A stretch of 64,000 bases of DNA from assembly GCA_951406725.2 (NCBI GenBank), contig OX597830.1:24242001-24306000 (forward strand), given 5' to 3'. This DNA is from Octopus vulgaris (taxonomy: Eukaryota). Both the position numbers and the translations under genes were made by a program. Of this stretch, positions 41,826-57,537 are shown one piece after another. Each line of letters opens with the position of its first letter. The first letter of the stretch is position 1. The notes beneath the pieces were generated by a model. It was not told the DNA's origin. It did no database searches and saw nothing but the letters and a program-made list of their open reading frames with translations.

Positions 41826-42450
41826 GGCGTAGGCGAGGCAGTGTGGTGTGAAGCTCGTTTCCCAAACTCATAGTTCCAGGTTAAGTGCCACGCGGTGGCA
41901 CCTTGGGCAAGTATCTTCTAGTATAGCCTGGGGGTTAACCAAAAACTTGTGAGTGAACTTAGCAGATGGAAACTGAAAGAATCCCGTATGTATATATCTA
42001 TGTATGTGTGTCTGAGTTTGTACCCCTTCCACCGCTTGACAACAGGTATTGCTGTGTTTATATCTCTGTAACTGAGCGGTTCGGCAGATGATATCGATAG
42101 AATAAGTACCAGACTGGGGTCGATATATTCGACAATAAATTCTTCAAGGCGATACCCTAGCATAGCCGCAGTCTAATGACTGAAACAAGTAAATAAATGA
42201 AGATAATATATATATATGTTCTTTTATTTATTTCAGTCAGTTGACTGCCACCATGCTGGAGCACCGCCTTTTAGTTGAACAAATCGACCCCAGGAACAAA
42301 TCGTTGTTGGCGGTCTCTATTGCCGAACCGCTATATTACAGGGACGTAAACACACCAACAACGGTTATCAAGCGGTCGAGGGGTAACAAACACAGACACA
42401 CATATATACACACACACATACATACATACATACATACATACATACATACA

Positions 42451-42486
<36 letters not shown>

Positions 42487-42622
42487 TATACGACGGGCTT
42501 CTTTCAGTTTCCGTCTACCAAATCCACTCACAAGGCTTTGGTCGGGCCGAGGCTATAGTAGAAGACACTTGCCCAAGGTGCCAGACAGTGGGGCAGAACC
42601 CGGAACCATGTGGTTGGTAAGA
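41826..42622. mobile_element. Two family B SINEs tail-to-tail (41826-42205 plus, 42219-42622 minus)
   Basis: gtggcaccttgggcaagtatcttcta (CORE-like) in the first copy; reverse complement gaagacacttgcccaaggtgcc in the second. Confidence 0.85.
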
Positions 42623-43719
42623 TGGTTCTTCTATTGTTATTGCTTATAAAAGATCAAAGATGTTCCAGCATTGACCCTCTCATCGGGGATTTTTCAAACA
42701 AAATACTGTACTTACAACTTTATTGTATGCTTTGCTATTTCAAGATACTAGATAAGAATTAGGCAGAAACTTGACTGCTACTTCTAACAGGTCGGGTTTC
42801 ACACTAGCGTAGGAAAGAAAGTGGCAGAATTCATGAAGTTCACAAGTTTTTCGTGGCTGGTGAGAGTTATTACCTGGTTGATGTTTAGTTTGAATAAGAT
42901 GAGCGCCACCGAAGTCGAACGCCTATATTACACGTAACACATCACACTTCGGCATAAAAAAAAAAAAAAACAGTTACTAAGACAACTATAATATTATCGA
43001 TTTATTATGCAGGCACAAGACCACCTGAAACAGAAACTTGGAAATTTTGTGTGAAAACTGTGTGTAGCAATATGATTTAATATTCAATTGGTCACGTAGT
43101 AAACACGTAGATTGTACGCCGAACCTTTTGTTCATCACCTATTCTGCTATTATTTTCAATATAACAAAACAACAATAAAAGCAATAACAACAAAAACTAC
43201 TAATACAATTAGTAATGTTCTCTAAATAATTATTCTTGTTTTTTGTCGTTTTTTTAACCAAATTTTCTTTACAATGATATTCTTTCTTGCATTTTTTTCG
43301 CATTTTTATATTTATTTTTATTTTCGATGGTCTTTTTAACATTCGATTAGCAAAAACACGAAATGATTTGACCTTTTCGTTTCTGAATCATTTCTATGTA
43401 TTTGTTTTTCTTTCTTTTATTCTTTCTTACTCCTTTTCTCTCTTTCTTCCTTTCCTTCTTTCCTTCCTTCTTTCTTTCCTTCTTTCTTTCTTCCTTCCTT
43501 TCTTTCTTTTCTTTCTTTCTTTCTTTCATTCTTTCTTTTTCTTTTTTTCTTTCTTGCTTTCGTTCGTTCTTTCTGTATATCATACATAAACATATATAAG
43601 TAAGAATGTCTAATTGTGGCCATATATATGTATATATATATATATACAGAGAGAGAGAGAGAGATACATATATATATATATATATACACATATAAATATC
43701 TACATATATACATATGTAC

Positions 43720-43774
<55 letters not shown>

Positions 43775-44005
43775 CACATATACACATATATTGGTATATG
43801 TATAGACATAAATATACATACTTATATATACTCACATATACATGTATGTGTATACGTATTAATGCGTGTATGTATATATGTATGGACATATGTTTATATA
43901 TATGATATATGCGTTGAATTATATAGTGATAGTTCTCTGTATATTATGCATATGTGTGTCAGTTTGTGTGTGTATGTGTGTTTATGCTTGTATGTATATG
44001 TATTT

Positions 44006-44087
<82 letters not shown>

Positions 44088-44443
44088 AATGTATATGCAT
44101 GTATATATTTGTACATATGTGTATTTCGTGTAAATCAATTAATCATATTAAGATAATTATAGAATTGTTTATAAGTCGGAAAACTTAATGTAACTGAGAA
44201 AGTCAGAGGGGGTATATCACAAAGAAAGAATAGCGTGGGAATGAGGTGAAGATCGAGTGAGAATAGACAGAAAAGGAAGGTAGAAGCGAAAGGTCGGGAG
44301 AGAGAAAGAGAAAAGCGAGTATTTAGTGTTTATACACATATACATATACGCATATATGCACACATTTTATATGCATATATACATATATGCATATATACAC
44401 ATATATATATGCATTTATATACATACATATTTTCATATATATG

Positions 44444-44505
<62 letters not shown>

Positions 44506-44604
44506 AATATATATATGTATATATACATATTTTCTTATATATATATATATAATATTTATATGTATATATATATAATATAATATATATTATATATATTGAT
44601 ATGT

Positions 44605-44641
<37 letters not shown>

Positions 44642-44716
44642 GTGTATGTGTGTGTGTGTGTATGAGGTATACTAGCCATCTCAATACGGCTAACCACTAA
44701 GGGTGGGTGTTACTGT

Positions 44717-44931
44717 AGCTTGTAGCCCCAGGAGAACATCGTCTCCAGCTGGCTTTAGGCACAATATCTGTGCACTTATGGTATTTGCAAAGGGAGGTCA
44801 TCTCTCCCTCGTCAACCTAAGTGATACTCACGTTGACAAGGGTGGGATGACCTCCCTTTGCAAATACCATAAGGGCACAGAAAGTGTGCCTAAAGCCAGA
44901 TGGAGACGATGATCTCCTGGGGCTAAAAGCT
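44717..44931. repeat. About 215-bp imperfect palindrome (foldback MITE-like)
   Basis: agcttgtagccccaggag...ggtatttgcaaagggaggtcatc...gtcaac / gttgac...gatgacctccctttgcaaatacc...ctcctggggctaaaagct. Confidence 0.9.
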
Positions 44932-44939
44932 TCACATGA

Positions 44940-45820
44940 GGATTCTAAGACACCCTAATGGGGGCCTTAACTCCCAAATTTTAGTCATTTCTTTTATGAT
45001 CCAAAACTAAGTCAAAAGTACTGAATGGTTCTTTACGAAATTTGGAAATTATATTCTATGCATAAGGCCCACAACCCCCATGACAATTCATATATTTTTG
45101 CTGTTGATGAAATTTTAACCATAGATATTAGATACAAATGAAGTAATATTTATAAAATGTCATCTTCTTACAAGTTAGAAAGACCCCTTCATGGGGACTT
45201 AACACCCAAAATTTTGTCATTTTATCTCAGCAAAGACGAATAGTTGTACTCTTGGAAGCTGTGGGGGTCATCCGAGCATAGGAGATGAGCATTATTTGTA
45301 ATTCAATGTACAACAGTGTAACAGTTTGCTTTGACATACACTTATATTGTGATTTCTGCAATGTGCTGCATAAATTGTCAAGTTAATGAGAGGCATCTTT
45401 GCCTCCACTGATTCAGTTGCAAAATGTTGAGTAAAGTTATTTGATTGCAGATCTCCTTTCAGTATTTTTATTATCACTGGGTCGCACATAGTCCCCACAT
45501 GATAACATTGATTTCAAGGCCTTCCCAGATGAGTGACTGGTCATTCAAAGACATTTATAGATTATAAATTTATTCTGACCTCCATTTTTAACAGGTTCTA
45601 TAAGACTGGAATTTTGGGATATGCGCATAAAAATCAGTAGTATGGGATACATGTGGCACGATTACAATTTTGTTTGGGTGTGTAAAGAGGGAAATAACCG
45701 TCATCTGCAATTTTGATGAAATTCGAAACGTAGGTATTCCAGTTGATTACAGAAAATATAACAGAAAAGTCTAATTCTTCAATTGTATGTAACTCGGGCA
45801 ACGCCGGGTAACTCTGCTAG
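44940..45820 (+). mobile_element. Non-autonomous Helitron 3' portion
   Basis: Ends acagaaaagtctaattcttcaattgtatgtaactcgggcaacgccgggtaactctgCTAG|t, nearly identical to 7487-7546. Left boundary uncertain. Confidence 0.75.
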
Positions 45821-46418
45821 TGTATATATATATGTGTGTGTGCGTGCGTATGTATATGTATATATGTATGTATATATGCATGCACGTACATATACAGGGT
45901 TTTAATGTTGAAAAAGTTGTAAGAAAAGACAACTCTTACTCGACATCAATAAAAACTTGAAAGTGATAATAATTATTGATTTTCTTTCTCTCTCAGTTGT
46001 TCTTTGCACGAGTAGGGGTGTTTAACAAAAAGAAGAACATGAATTTGAAACAAGGAAGTATAAAAACTAAAAATAAAATATATATCTTTATAAAGATTCA
46101 CACACCAACACACACGACCGGCAAGAAAATAACTTCTTAAGAATGTGATAAATTTTCAGAATTGTAGAATTTAAATGTGTGTGTAAATATATAATATGCA
46201 TGCATGAATGTATGTATATGTGTATATATATGTGTATATATATATACACACATATATATATACATATAAATACATATATGTTTAGATATATTTATTTTTA
46301 TGCATGCAAACATATACATATATATGTACGTACGTACGTATATATTCGTATATATATTTTATACATATGTACATATAAACATGTAAATATAAATATGTAC
46401 GTATGTATGTATATATGC

Positions 46419-46461
<43 letters not shown>

Positions 46462-46714
46462 AGTTATATATGTACATACATGTTTATTTACAAGTATGTA
46501 TATATGTACATATATACATGTATATGTATATATATACACATATATGTGTATGTACATATCTATGCTTATATGCATATATGTACATATATATACATATAAA
46601 CATAAATATAAATTTTTGTCTGTGTGTATATATTTGGTGCATATAGATTAACATTCTTATGTATGTATGTATGTATGTATGTATGTATGTATGTATGTAT
46701 GTATGTATGTATGT

Positions 46715-46800
<86 letters not shown>

Positions 46801-47310
46801 GAAACTCAAAAATAATATCAGACATTTTTTTTTAAAAAACAGTAAGAAATTATTTTCACTAGAACACATATATTGAATCACGATAAAATGAAGAAATATT
46901 ACGATGAGGTAACAGAAATTATAATGTAAAAAAAGAAAATTTAATACAAATTACAACATAAAAATGATGTAGGAGAAATAATACGCTGTGATTAAATGTG
47001 AGTGATAAGTCAGAGAGAAAAGTTACAAACATTTTTGTGTTTTTGATTTCTCCATCTTTTCGCTTCTATTTCCGACATTTTCTTTTGCAGGAGAAAGTCA
47101 TGACTGGGTTTTGTGGGTTCCTCCCCACCGACCACTACGCTTTTGATAAGGAGAGGCGCAGTTATGTGATCACATGAATTTTCCACTTCCGTTCACGTCG
47201 GATATGAATGTTATATTACTGTTATTCCTATTCTACTGTTATTCCTGTTCACAGTATCGTTGTAATTATGATTTTAGTTATTATTGTTATTGCTATTGTT
47301 ATTATTATTA

Positions 47311-47790
47311 TTGGGTGAGTGAGCCGAGCATGCCATCAAAGTGCCACTGAGGTAAAATATACGAGGTCCAGTATACCCATCATGACAACCCGTCTGATAA
47401 GGGTACATCAGTCGCACAATTATAGTTGTGTGACATGGTGATCTTATAGCAAGATAAAGAGCGCATAAACAGCGCATGACCTTGCAGGTGGGACTCACAA
47501 TTTTCTTCAGGTCGAGTAGCCCATCCCGCTCAAAAGGTCCCTAAATAAGGTTTGTTTAAGTATATTGAACGACACACCTATGTTTCCAAAGAATTCCTCT
47601 CAACACATGGCTATGATACTCTCCCACTAGTTCTGCTCCTGATCAGAGATGCACATATCGTCAGCCATTAAGGGACATGCTGAACTGGTTAAGATTGGCT
47701 GTAGACCATCTTTTATACCAAGACAAAGCAATGTACATGATAACACTTCCAATCAGTTAAGATCGGAAACCATGGGAACTACTGCCTGGT
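47311..47790 (-). mobile_element. About 530-bp (TAA)n-associated retroposon, copy 3
   Basis: Homologous to the 26679 and 27621 copies. (ATT)n on both sides. Confidence 0.75.
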
Positions 47791-47803
47791 ATTATTATTA
47801 TTA

Positions 47804-47871
<68 letters not shown>

Positions 47872-48014
47872 GTTATTGCTGTTGTTGTTGTTGTTATTAT
47901 TATTATTAATATTATTATTATTATTATTATTGTTGTTGTTGTTGTTGTTGTTATTATTGTTGTTATTATTATTATTATTATTATTAATATCATCATCATC
48001 ATTATTAGTATTAT

Positions 48015-48200
48015 TGCCTGGCGAAATGCTTATCGGCATTTCGTCCGCTGTTTATGTCCTGGGTTCAAATTTCGCCGAGGTCGACTTTGCCCTTCATCCT
48101 TTCGCGGTCGATAAAATAAGTACCAGTTCAGAACTGGGATGCACGTTATCGACTTTCCTACTGCGCTGAATTTGCTGGCCTTGTACCAAAACCTGAACCC
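48015..48200 (+). mobile_element. SINE family C
   Basis: ggcgaaatgctta...gggttcaaatttcgccgaggtcgactttgcccttcatcctttcgcggtcgataaaataagtaccag. Confidence 0.8.
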
Positions 48201-48201
48201 C

Positions 48202-48247
<46 letters not shown>

Positions 48248-48259
48248 CTGCTGCTGCTG

Positions 48260-48331
<72 letters not shown>

Positions 48332-48560
48332 ACCTATTACATGATATATTTGTTAGCAGGGATTTTATCTCCAGGTTTGATGACAGCATGTCTCCTCAGA
48401 TCACAAGAATGTTTTTTTAGGGTTTTTGTAGAATACAGCATCGCACTGTTCTGCGGGTCGACAATGGGAGTCTCAATTCCAGTATCCTTCAGCCCCTAAG
48501 GTAGCAGTTTAGGTGATGTGCTACGTGCACCAATTACTGAAAAAATAATTGTTATCGTAA
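48332..48560 (-). mobile_element. R4/Dong-like (RLE) non-LTR retrotransposon 3' end, decayed, ending in (TAG)n
   Basis: Minus strand VIGARSTSPKLLP*GLKDTGIETPIVDPQNSAMLYSTKTL resembles the VIGALG.IPK.L...L..LGI....LQK.A.L.TA.IL tail. Confidence 0.65.
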
Positions 48561-48939
48561 CAGAATGTATGTATGCGTGTGTGTTTGTATGTATGTGTGT
48601 GTATCTGTGTGTGCCTCTGTTTCCTTGTGTGTGCATGTTTGAGTATATCTATGTGTATGGGTTTGTGTGACAATGTATGTGTGTCTGTTATGTATGCATG
48701 TGCGCCTTTATATGTGTCCTTGTATGTGTGTGTGCGTGTGCCTGTGTTTTTATGTGCATGTGTGAAGTGTGCTTGTGTATATATGGTCATATGCTTCAAT
48801 CTTCATTTGTGTATGTATGTTTGTATGCTTGTGTGTGTACTTGTTTGTCCGTATTACTGATGTACCTACCTATTTATCTATCTGTTTACTTGCATATCCA
48901 TTTACTTTATATAATATACATACATACATACATACATAT

Positions 48940-49018
<79 letters not shown>

Positions 49019-49114
49019 TATGTATGTATGTATGTATATTTACGTCTACATAACAGCCTACTAACCATTCTACCTTTGCATATACAAGCTGTGGGTATTG
49101 CGGTATGACTGCCT

Positions 49115-49725
49115 TCTACGTATATTCCCTATTTAGTACTGGGGATGTTTCATTTATGAGGACATACTCCTGTATTTGTGTGACTGTTAGGTCCTTCGAT
49201 TGCTTGGATAAAATGCGGATGTCAAAGTCGACCCAGTGTGTCTCCTTGTTGGTATAATATGGAGGACTGTTTTTTGTTGTCATATTGTCTCATGTAATCA
49301 TTTAGTCTCTCCGCAATGCTTCTTGATGTCTCACCTTGTATATTATGTTCTTGTCTTTACACGCACCCTCTATGCACCTTATGCTGTAGACTACACTTCT
49401 AGCTCGACATTTAATGTCAGGGTTAATCCCCTACATACCACGCAATTATCATTGGTACATGTGGTATTCTCAAAGGCTTACGTCCTACATGATTGTGATC
49501 TGTTGGAGCTCCCTGGCTTTTCAACAATCTTAATGTTGAGTTTGGTCTCCTTCAAGGCTTTCATAAATCTTCGAGCTAGTTCTCCATGGGGTGTGGCCTC
49601 TACAAACATCACTCCTTGGTATTTGTCGGTCTTGTACCATGTGTTCACCTTGTTCGCTTTGTTACAAACTCTTTATATCCTACTCCAATCTTTACTTCTA
49701 TATCTAGGGCAACTACCTCTGGTTT
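49115..49725 (-). pseudogene. Penelope-like element RT C-terminus plus GIY-YIG endonuclease (Naiad/Chlamys-like), disrupted
   Basis: Minus strand PRYRSKDW..*..WYKTDKYQGVMFVEATPHGELARRF..KETKLNIKIVEKPG..CTNDNCVVC(fs)CRARSVVYSIRC..C....Y(fs)GETSRSIAERL. Confidence 0.85.
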
Positions 49726-50738
49726 TATTACATAGATATGCACATATCTATGTGTGTCTTTGAGCCTGTGTTTGTCCCTCCACATCAAGGATTGACAACC
49801 GGTGCTGGTGTGTTTACGTTCTCGTAACTTAGCGGTTCGGCCTAAGAAACCGTGTAAGTACTAGGTTTAAGAAATAAAACCTGGACTCGATTTCTTCGGT
49901 TGAAACCCTTCATGGTGGTGATTCAGCATGGCTGCGGTTAGATGACTGAAACAAGTAAAAGGCAGTCATACCCCAATACCCACAGATTATATATATATAT
50001 TACAAGTTGAGTTGTTAGTAGGCTTTTGTATAGACGTGGTGGTGGTGGTGGTAGTGGTGATGGTAGCGGCGGTGTGGTGTTGGTGCTCTTGGTAGTGGTA
50101 GTGGTTGTATTCGAGGTGCTGGTGGCTTGCGGTCGCGTTATGATGGTACTAGTGCTGTTCGTGGCGACGATGCCTGGTGGTGATGATGTTTGCTAATAAT
50201 GGCGATGGAGGCGGAGTGGTACCGATGATGGGGGTGGGGACAGGTGGTGGTGATTCCTGGTGGTTGTGGTGATGGTGGCGAATGGCTGGCTGGTGGTGGT
50301 TGAGGTGGTAGTTTTGGTGAGGGTGACGGCTGCTTGTTGCTGGTAAAGTAGATGGTACCGGTGGTGGTGGTGGTTTTGGCTGATGATGGTGGTGGTGATG
50401 TTAGCGGTTACTGCTGGTGAAGGAATGGTGGTGGTGGTGGTGGTGGTGGTGGTAGTAGTGGTAGTGGTGGTAGTAGAATGCTCAGTAAACAAACCCCTCT
50501 TGATCTGTCTACAAAGCATTATAATCTTCACCATTTAAGACATACAAGCACCTGTCTTAAGAACCATTTATTTTTAGGAATATGTTTCCTTTGTTTTGTT
50601 ATTGTTGTCTTTTGCTTTTGTAGTTGTTTCATTTTTTTCTTTCTTTTTTTCCGAAAACCGGAACTTTTCCTGTGATATTTTTCAGTTGATAAATAATTGT
50701 AGCAACACCAAAATGATGAAATGATGATGATGGTGATA

Positions 50739-50791
<53 letters not shown>

Positions 50792-51105
50792 ATTGATGAT
50801 GATATTGATGATGATGATGATATTGATGATGATGATGATATTGATGATGATGATGATGATCGTGATGATGATCATGGTAATGATGACGGTGATGATGATA
50901 AAAACAACAAAAACAGTAGTAGTAGTAGTCGTAGTAGTAGTTGGAGGAGGAGGAGGAGGAGGAGTTATAATAATATCGAAGATAAGAAGCGCAGCAATAG
51001 CAACAATAACAAAATCAACAGCAGTAGTAACAACAACGATAATAATTACAATAAATACTACTACTACTACTAATAATAATAGTAATAATAATAATAATAA
51101 TAATA

Positions 51106-51187
<82 letters not shown>

Positions 51188-51213
51188 CAACAACAATGAT
51201 AATAATAATGATG

Positions 51214-51259
<46 letters not shown>

Positions 51260-51285
51260 CAACAACAACAATGATAATAATAATG

Positions 51286-51338
<53 letters not shown>

Positions 51339-51959
51339 TGCCTTTTAAGCGTTGGGCTGGGCTTCTTTTTCTTTTAAATTAGTTTAGTGTTGTCTTTATA
51401 TTTGTTTTATCTTCCTTGTTTCGTTTATCCCCATCTGTCAGAACTAAAACAATTGCAATGAAGGGTGATTATTCAATTTAAGCCCCTATCTTAGAGTTTC
51501 GTAGAGCTCTTTTCAAACCAGACAGATTAATTTTCCGCCAAGATTCGTATTTGGACGCCTACTTCTACACAAACTTACAAGCACAACACGCACATACAGA
51601 GACACACAGCCGCACATGCGTACACACAGAGACAGAGGTAAGCTCAAAGAATGGCCTACGGTTCTTAAGCAGCATCACGTGGTAGTCTTTTAGAATAAAG
51701 GATAATAGCATAACGTACTTTTAACTGTACAGATATATTTCGCTTATACCACTTAGAAAATGATTACTTTCACTTTTAGATGGCGAGGAATTTCATTGAA
51801 GCAGACGACTTCTTTGTTAATAATATCAATCACTTGATGTTGATACGTTTCATCAGAGTTCCGGATTATGATGGTTAATCAATAACGGTAGCGAGCAAAA
51901 TAGACAGACCGACGTTAGATGGAGGCATGTGTGTGCGTGTGTGTGTGTGTGTGCGTTTG

Positions 51960-52630
<671 letters not shown>

Positions 52631-53140
52631 ATACAGGTTACAGAAACAAATAACTACCATAACCTCTTTCGTACTATAGATTAAAATCAAATTTAGATAT
52701 AGACATAAACCAATCATTGCTAAACTTTTATTTTAACATCATCAATGCTCCCGTGGTTAGCTTTGTTAAGCAACAGCATCCATAGCGACCATCCTGGCAG
52801 ACATTTGTCTAACAAACATTACTAGCTACCGTGCAGATATAACATGATATAATATGCCTTTGTAAATCTGATTACAGGATATTTATTTCACCATACGTGT
52901 ACTCCTGATCAGCCGAGACTTCATGTATCAAATAATCAGTAATAAATGGTATTTTCACCATTTAGCATCCATTAATACACGCAAAACAAATATGCGAGCG
53001 TGTACTATGAGTGTGAGTGTACGCATATACGCTTGTGCGTATAAGTGTTTGTAAATTTATATGCGTGTACACGTGCGTGTATATTAAGCTTTATAATGTA
53101 CGAATTATATATATATGCATATATATATACACTATTATAC

Positions 53141-53211
<71 letters not shown>

Positions 53212-53337
53212 GTAAACACAATTACACATACATACACACTTACAGACAGACAAACATATATACGTAGACATATATGTATAGCATGTATGTATATATGTTT
53301 CAAAACAGACATATTTGTTTCTGAGCATATACGTATG

Positions 53338-53393
<56 letters not shown>

Positions 53394-53397
53394 CCCC

Positions 53398-53434
<37 letters not shown>

Positions 53435-53775
53435 ATTATATATGTAATATGTGTGTGTGTGTCTAATGTTACCGAATACGCATGGAAAAGTTTTAAGCGA
53501 AGAAGAAAGGGAAGTACGAATATTAATGCTAAATTAAATTTGGTTTTCCTCTTCTCTCATATTTCGCATAAATGTCTGTTTTAGGGAACTTTTACAACTA
53601 TTTCGTTCCACTCTATTTCTCCACAATTCAGCTACTTTTTAACTTTATCTGCATAACTATGTCTCTAAATGTACTCTAGCCCCCACCTCACTCTCTGATA
53701 CCTATACACACATATATATCTATAGATATACATACATGTAACTATCTATTTCTCCCTATATATAAATATAGATAC

Positions 53776-53812
<37 letters not shown>

Positions 53813-54239
53813 TATATATATATAGATAGAGAGAGAGAGAGAGAGATAGAGAGATAGAGAGAGCGATACAAACACGCATATATACATACATATATATGTG
53901 TGTGTGTATATATATATATGTGTGTGTGTGTGTATGTATGTATATATATATATGTATATGTAGAGAGAGAGAGGAGGGAGAGATAGACAAAGAAAGAATA
54001 AAGTTCTTCCCAACACTACCAAGGATCCACCCTAAGAAGACAACTATGTGAGAATTGCTTTTTTGGTGTAACCCGCCATAGAAAGTTTAGAAACCAGTGA
54101 TGCAAACATTTCCTTTCTCTAATCGGAGGATATTTACCAGACAGTCATAAATCAGAAATGTTGTTCATCAAAAATAACATTAAGATGAGTTACCAGTTGT
54201 ATGCCATGCGTGTCTAATGTCGTAAAGTACCATAAATAT

Positions 54240-54710
54240 GCAAGTGGCAAAATCAATTGCAGTAGTGAGTCGCCGTACAATTGGTGAAATATTAATTATT
54301 ATATATGATTGTTCTGTACGGGATAAGTACCTAGAGAAAAACACTGCGTACAGAGATAATGTATCTATCAATAAACTAATCATGCTACATGGAATTTACA
54401 AAACAATTGTTCACGACTCGCCTGCAGCAGCTCGAAAGCTGGTTCAATACCAAGAGAACACTACCGCATTTTCTCAGTATATTTGGACATCAAGAGAAAA
54501 AGCGGATCACCCAGGTTCACATAGGCAATTTCTTAATCATGCGTCCATGCCCTACTCAAACATTTTGTGGATTTCAAAGTATATACCTCCACTGATGCAT
54601 GACAAATGCCAGCCAAAGATCATTTCAAACCAGCTGAGGTATGTGGTTGACCAACGAAGAAATTAACAGACCTGTTCGCCTTCTCTCTTTATCCCGTACA
54701 AATTAGTAAA
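54240..54710 (+). pseudogene. Penelope-like GIY-YIG endonuclease remnant, highly decayed
   Basis: IIYDCSV...(fs)YMEFTKQLFTTRLQQLESWF(fs)ENTTAFSQYIWTSREK...FLNHASMPYSN resembles VIY..YIG.T...FK.R..H..SF..ST.LS.YIW.LK....IL.....Y.N. Confidence 0.6.
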
Positions 54711-55068
54711 TATTGACTTTCCACACTTATAGCTGTAGCGAGAATTTAAAATTTTTAGGACCACAACGTAAACAAAAGCTATACATCACTATAACTATGA
54801 ACGATAGCCGCCGTAGCCGTCACTCGCAAGCGACGATGATTCGTTAGTTTGCAAAATGTGTGTTTTCTCAGTGTGTGTATGCGTACATATGCGTGCGTAC
54901 ATGTGTACATATGCGTGCCTATATATGCAATCGTTAGCACATGCACGTACGTATATACACTATATTATATATGTGTATACTAAACTTATATATTGTTAAT
55001 GTCATAACAATTTAGAAACTTCGACTGACGTAACATAGAGATATACACAAACAAACGTCTATGTGAGA

Positions 55069-55115
<47 letters not shown>

Positions 55116-55168
55116 AAATTAAAAAAGGAAAATACGCACACTTACATAGTTTTAATATAATTTTTAAT

Positions 55169-55203
55169 ATATCGACCGGTTTCGCTATCGTTATTCATGA
55201 TAT
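55169..55203 (-). ncRNA. Minimal hammerhead-like motif with A3-U8 covariant core
   Basis: Minus strand ATATC-ATGAATA-ACgataGC-GAA-ACCGGT-C-GATAT. 5-bp stem I, palindromic stem III, GUC site, weak stem II. Confidence 0.5.
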
Positions 55204-55249
55204 TATGTTTTACTTAATATACACACATATATATATATATATATACATA

Positions 55250-55640
55250 CTCTTTTACTCCTTTATTTGTTTCAATCATTTGACTGCGGCCATAGTGGAG
55301 CACCGCCTTTAGTCGAATAAATAGACCACAGGACTTATTCTTTGTAAACCTAGTACTTATTCTATCGCTATTTTTTTCCGAAGCGCTAAGTCATGGGGGA
55401 CGTAAACACATCAGCATCGGTTCTCAAGCGATGGTAGGGGTGACAAACACTGATACACAAACACACGTAAACATATATGACGGGCTTCTTTTAGTTTCCT
55501 TCTACCAAATCCACTCACAGGGCTTTGGTTCACCCGTGGCTATAGTAGAAGACACTTCCCCAAGGTGTCACGCAGTGGAACTGAAACCGGAACCATGTGG
55601 TTGGTAAACATGCTACTTACCACAAACCACTCCTGCGTCT
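55250..55640 (-). mobile_element. SINE family B, near full length
   Basis: tttgactgcggccatagtggagcaccgcc...ctatagtagaagacacttcccaaggtg...ccactcctgcgtc. Confidence 0.88.
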
Positions 55641-56222
55641 ATATATAAGTTTAAGAAATATACACTTACATAATATAGTGTATATACATACGAGCATACG
55701 CTATGGATTGCATATATGGACCTAAGTCCACGCACGCATTTGCACACATACACACAGACTTTAGAAACACACAATCACACACACACACACGGGAAGACAC
55801 ATACGCACGTACACACGTACACATGTAAACACAAGCTTATATGTGGTTTGTCTGTTCTACGTTTGGATGTTGATAAGGTCTTGGCGAAAATGTCTAGGAT
55901 TGTATCTATAAATAAGAATGTGAACGTCTCTTACGTATGTGTGTATGGATGCTTCTTTGTCTCTATGGCTTTGTACGTCTGTCCGCTTCTTTGTGTCTGC
56001 TTGTGTGTGTATGTGTGTGTGTATGTGTGTGTGTGTGAGTATGTGTGTGTGGCGAGGGGAGGGGGCTGTTTTTATTTACCTTTAGAAGTACTCCGTGACA
56101 CAGATTCCTCACTAAAGCCATTTTGCTGATTGCAATGAGTAGATCAACGAGAAAGCGATACACATAACACCTTCATGGAAGCAATACATACATGTGTGTA
56201 TATATATGTATTTATATACATA

Positions 56223-56286
<64 letters not shown>

Positions 56287-56458
56287 TATATATATATATG
56301 TATGTGCGTAGTTTATATATATATCTATCTATATCGATATATAATTAGATATTTATATATAAATACACACACACGCACATATATGTATATATCAATATAG
56401 ACATGTATATTTTTATATATTAATACTTATATATATATATCTATATTTGCATATATAT

Positions 56459-56519
<61 letters not shown>

Positions 56520-56993
56520 CGCATAATATTTTTATGTATCTATATATATAAGATATATGAATGTGTATCACCATATATGTGTATAGCTATTTTGTGATTT
56601 TATGTATATATAATATCTGAGCGTCTATGCGCGTGTGGCGTATGGGGAAGTTGTGAGTGCCATGTATGCGTGTATGTATAATGGCGGCAGAGTCTTTGGG
56701 GGAAAATAGGAACTTGCATGTTCCAGGTATGAAATAGATCAAAAGAATAAATTCTCACATTAATCACTCACTCTTTCTCATCTTTTCTCTCTCTTTCTCA
56801 CTTCCTCTGGCTCATCCTCCCCCCCTCTTTCTTACTCTCTCTCTCTCTCTCTCTCTCATTCGTTCTGTCTCCTATCCACTTTCTTTCTGTTCGTCTTTGA
56901 ATATTTATGTGTCTATATTACAAAATATACACGCACACATTCTACATTTGTATACACATAAACATATTTTTACATATATACATATATATATAT

Positions 56994-57044
<51 letters not shown>

Positions 57045-57431
57045 TATATATATATATTGATATGCATATCTGTGTATGTTTTTTACTGTATTATATACGG
57101 ATGTGTGTGAATATATGTTGTTTCTGGTTTTGCGTGTATATGTATGTGTGTGTGTGAGTGGGTTTGCTTATGTGTACGTGTTAGCATATGATTGTGTCTG
57201 AATATAGTGTGACAGTAATCACAGACACCTGTAAACACACAGTCACCCACACTCATAGACACATTATACAAACCGCATTTATATTGTTATTTATACTGAC
57301 ATTGAAACTTCCCACCGCAGATATGAATATATGCAAGTATGTATGTATGTATGTATGTATGTATTTCTTTATTTATTTATGTATGCATGCACATGTTTGC
57401 GTATATATATATATATATATATACATATATA

Positions 57432-57537
<106 letters not shown>

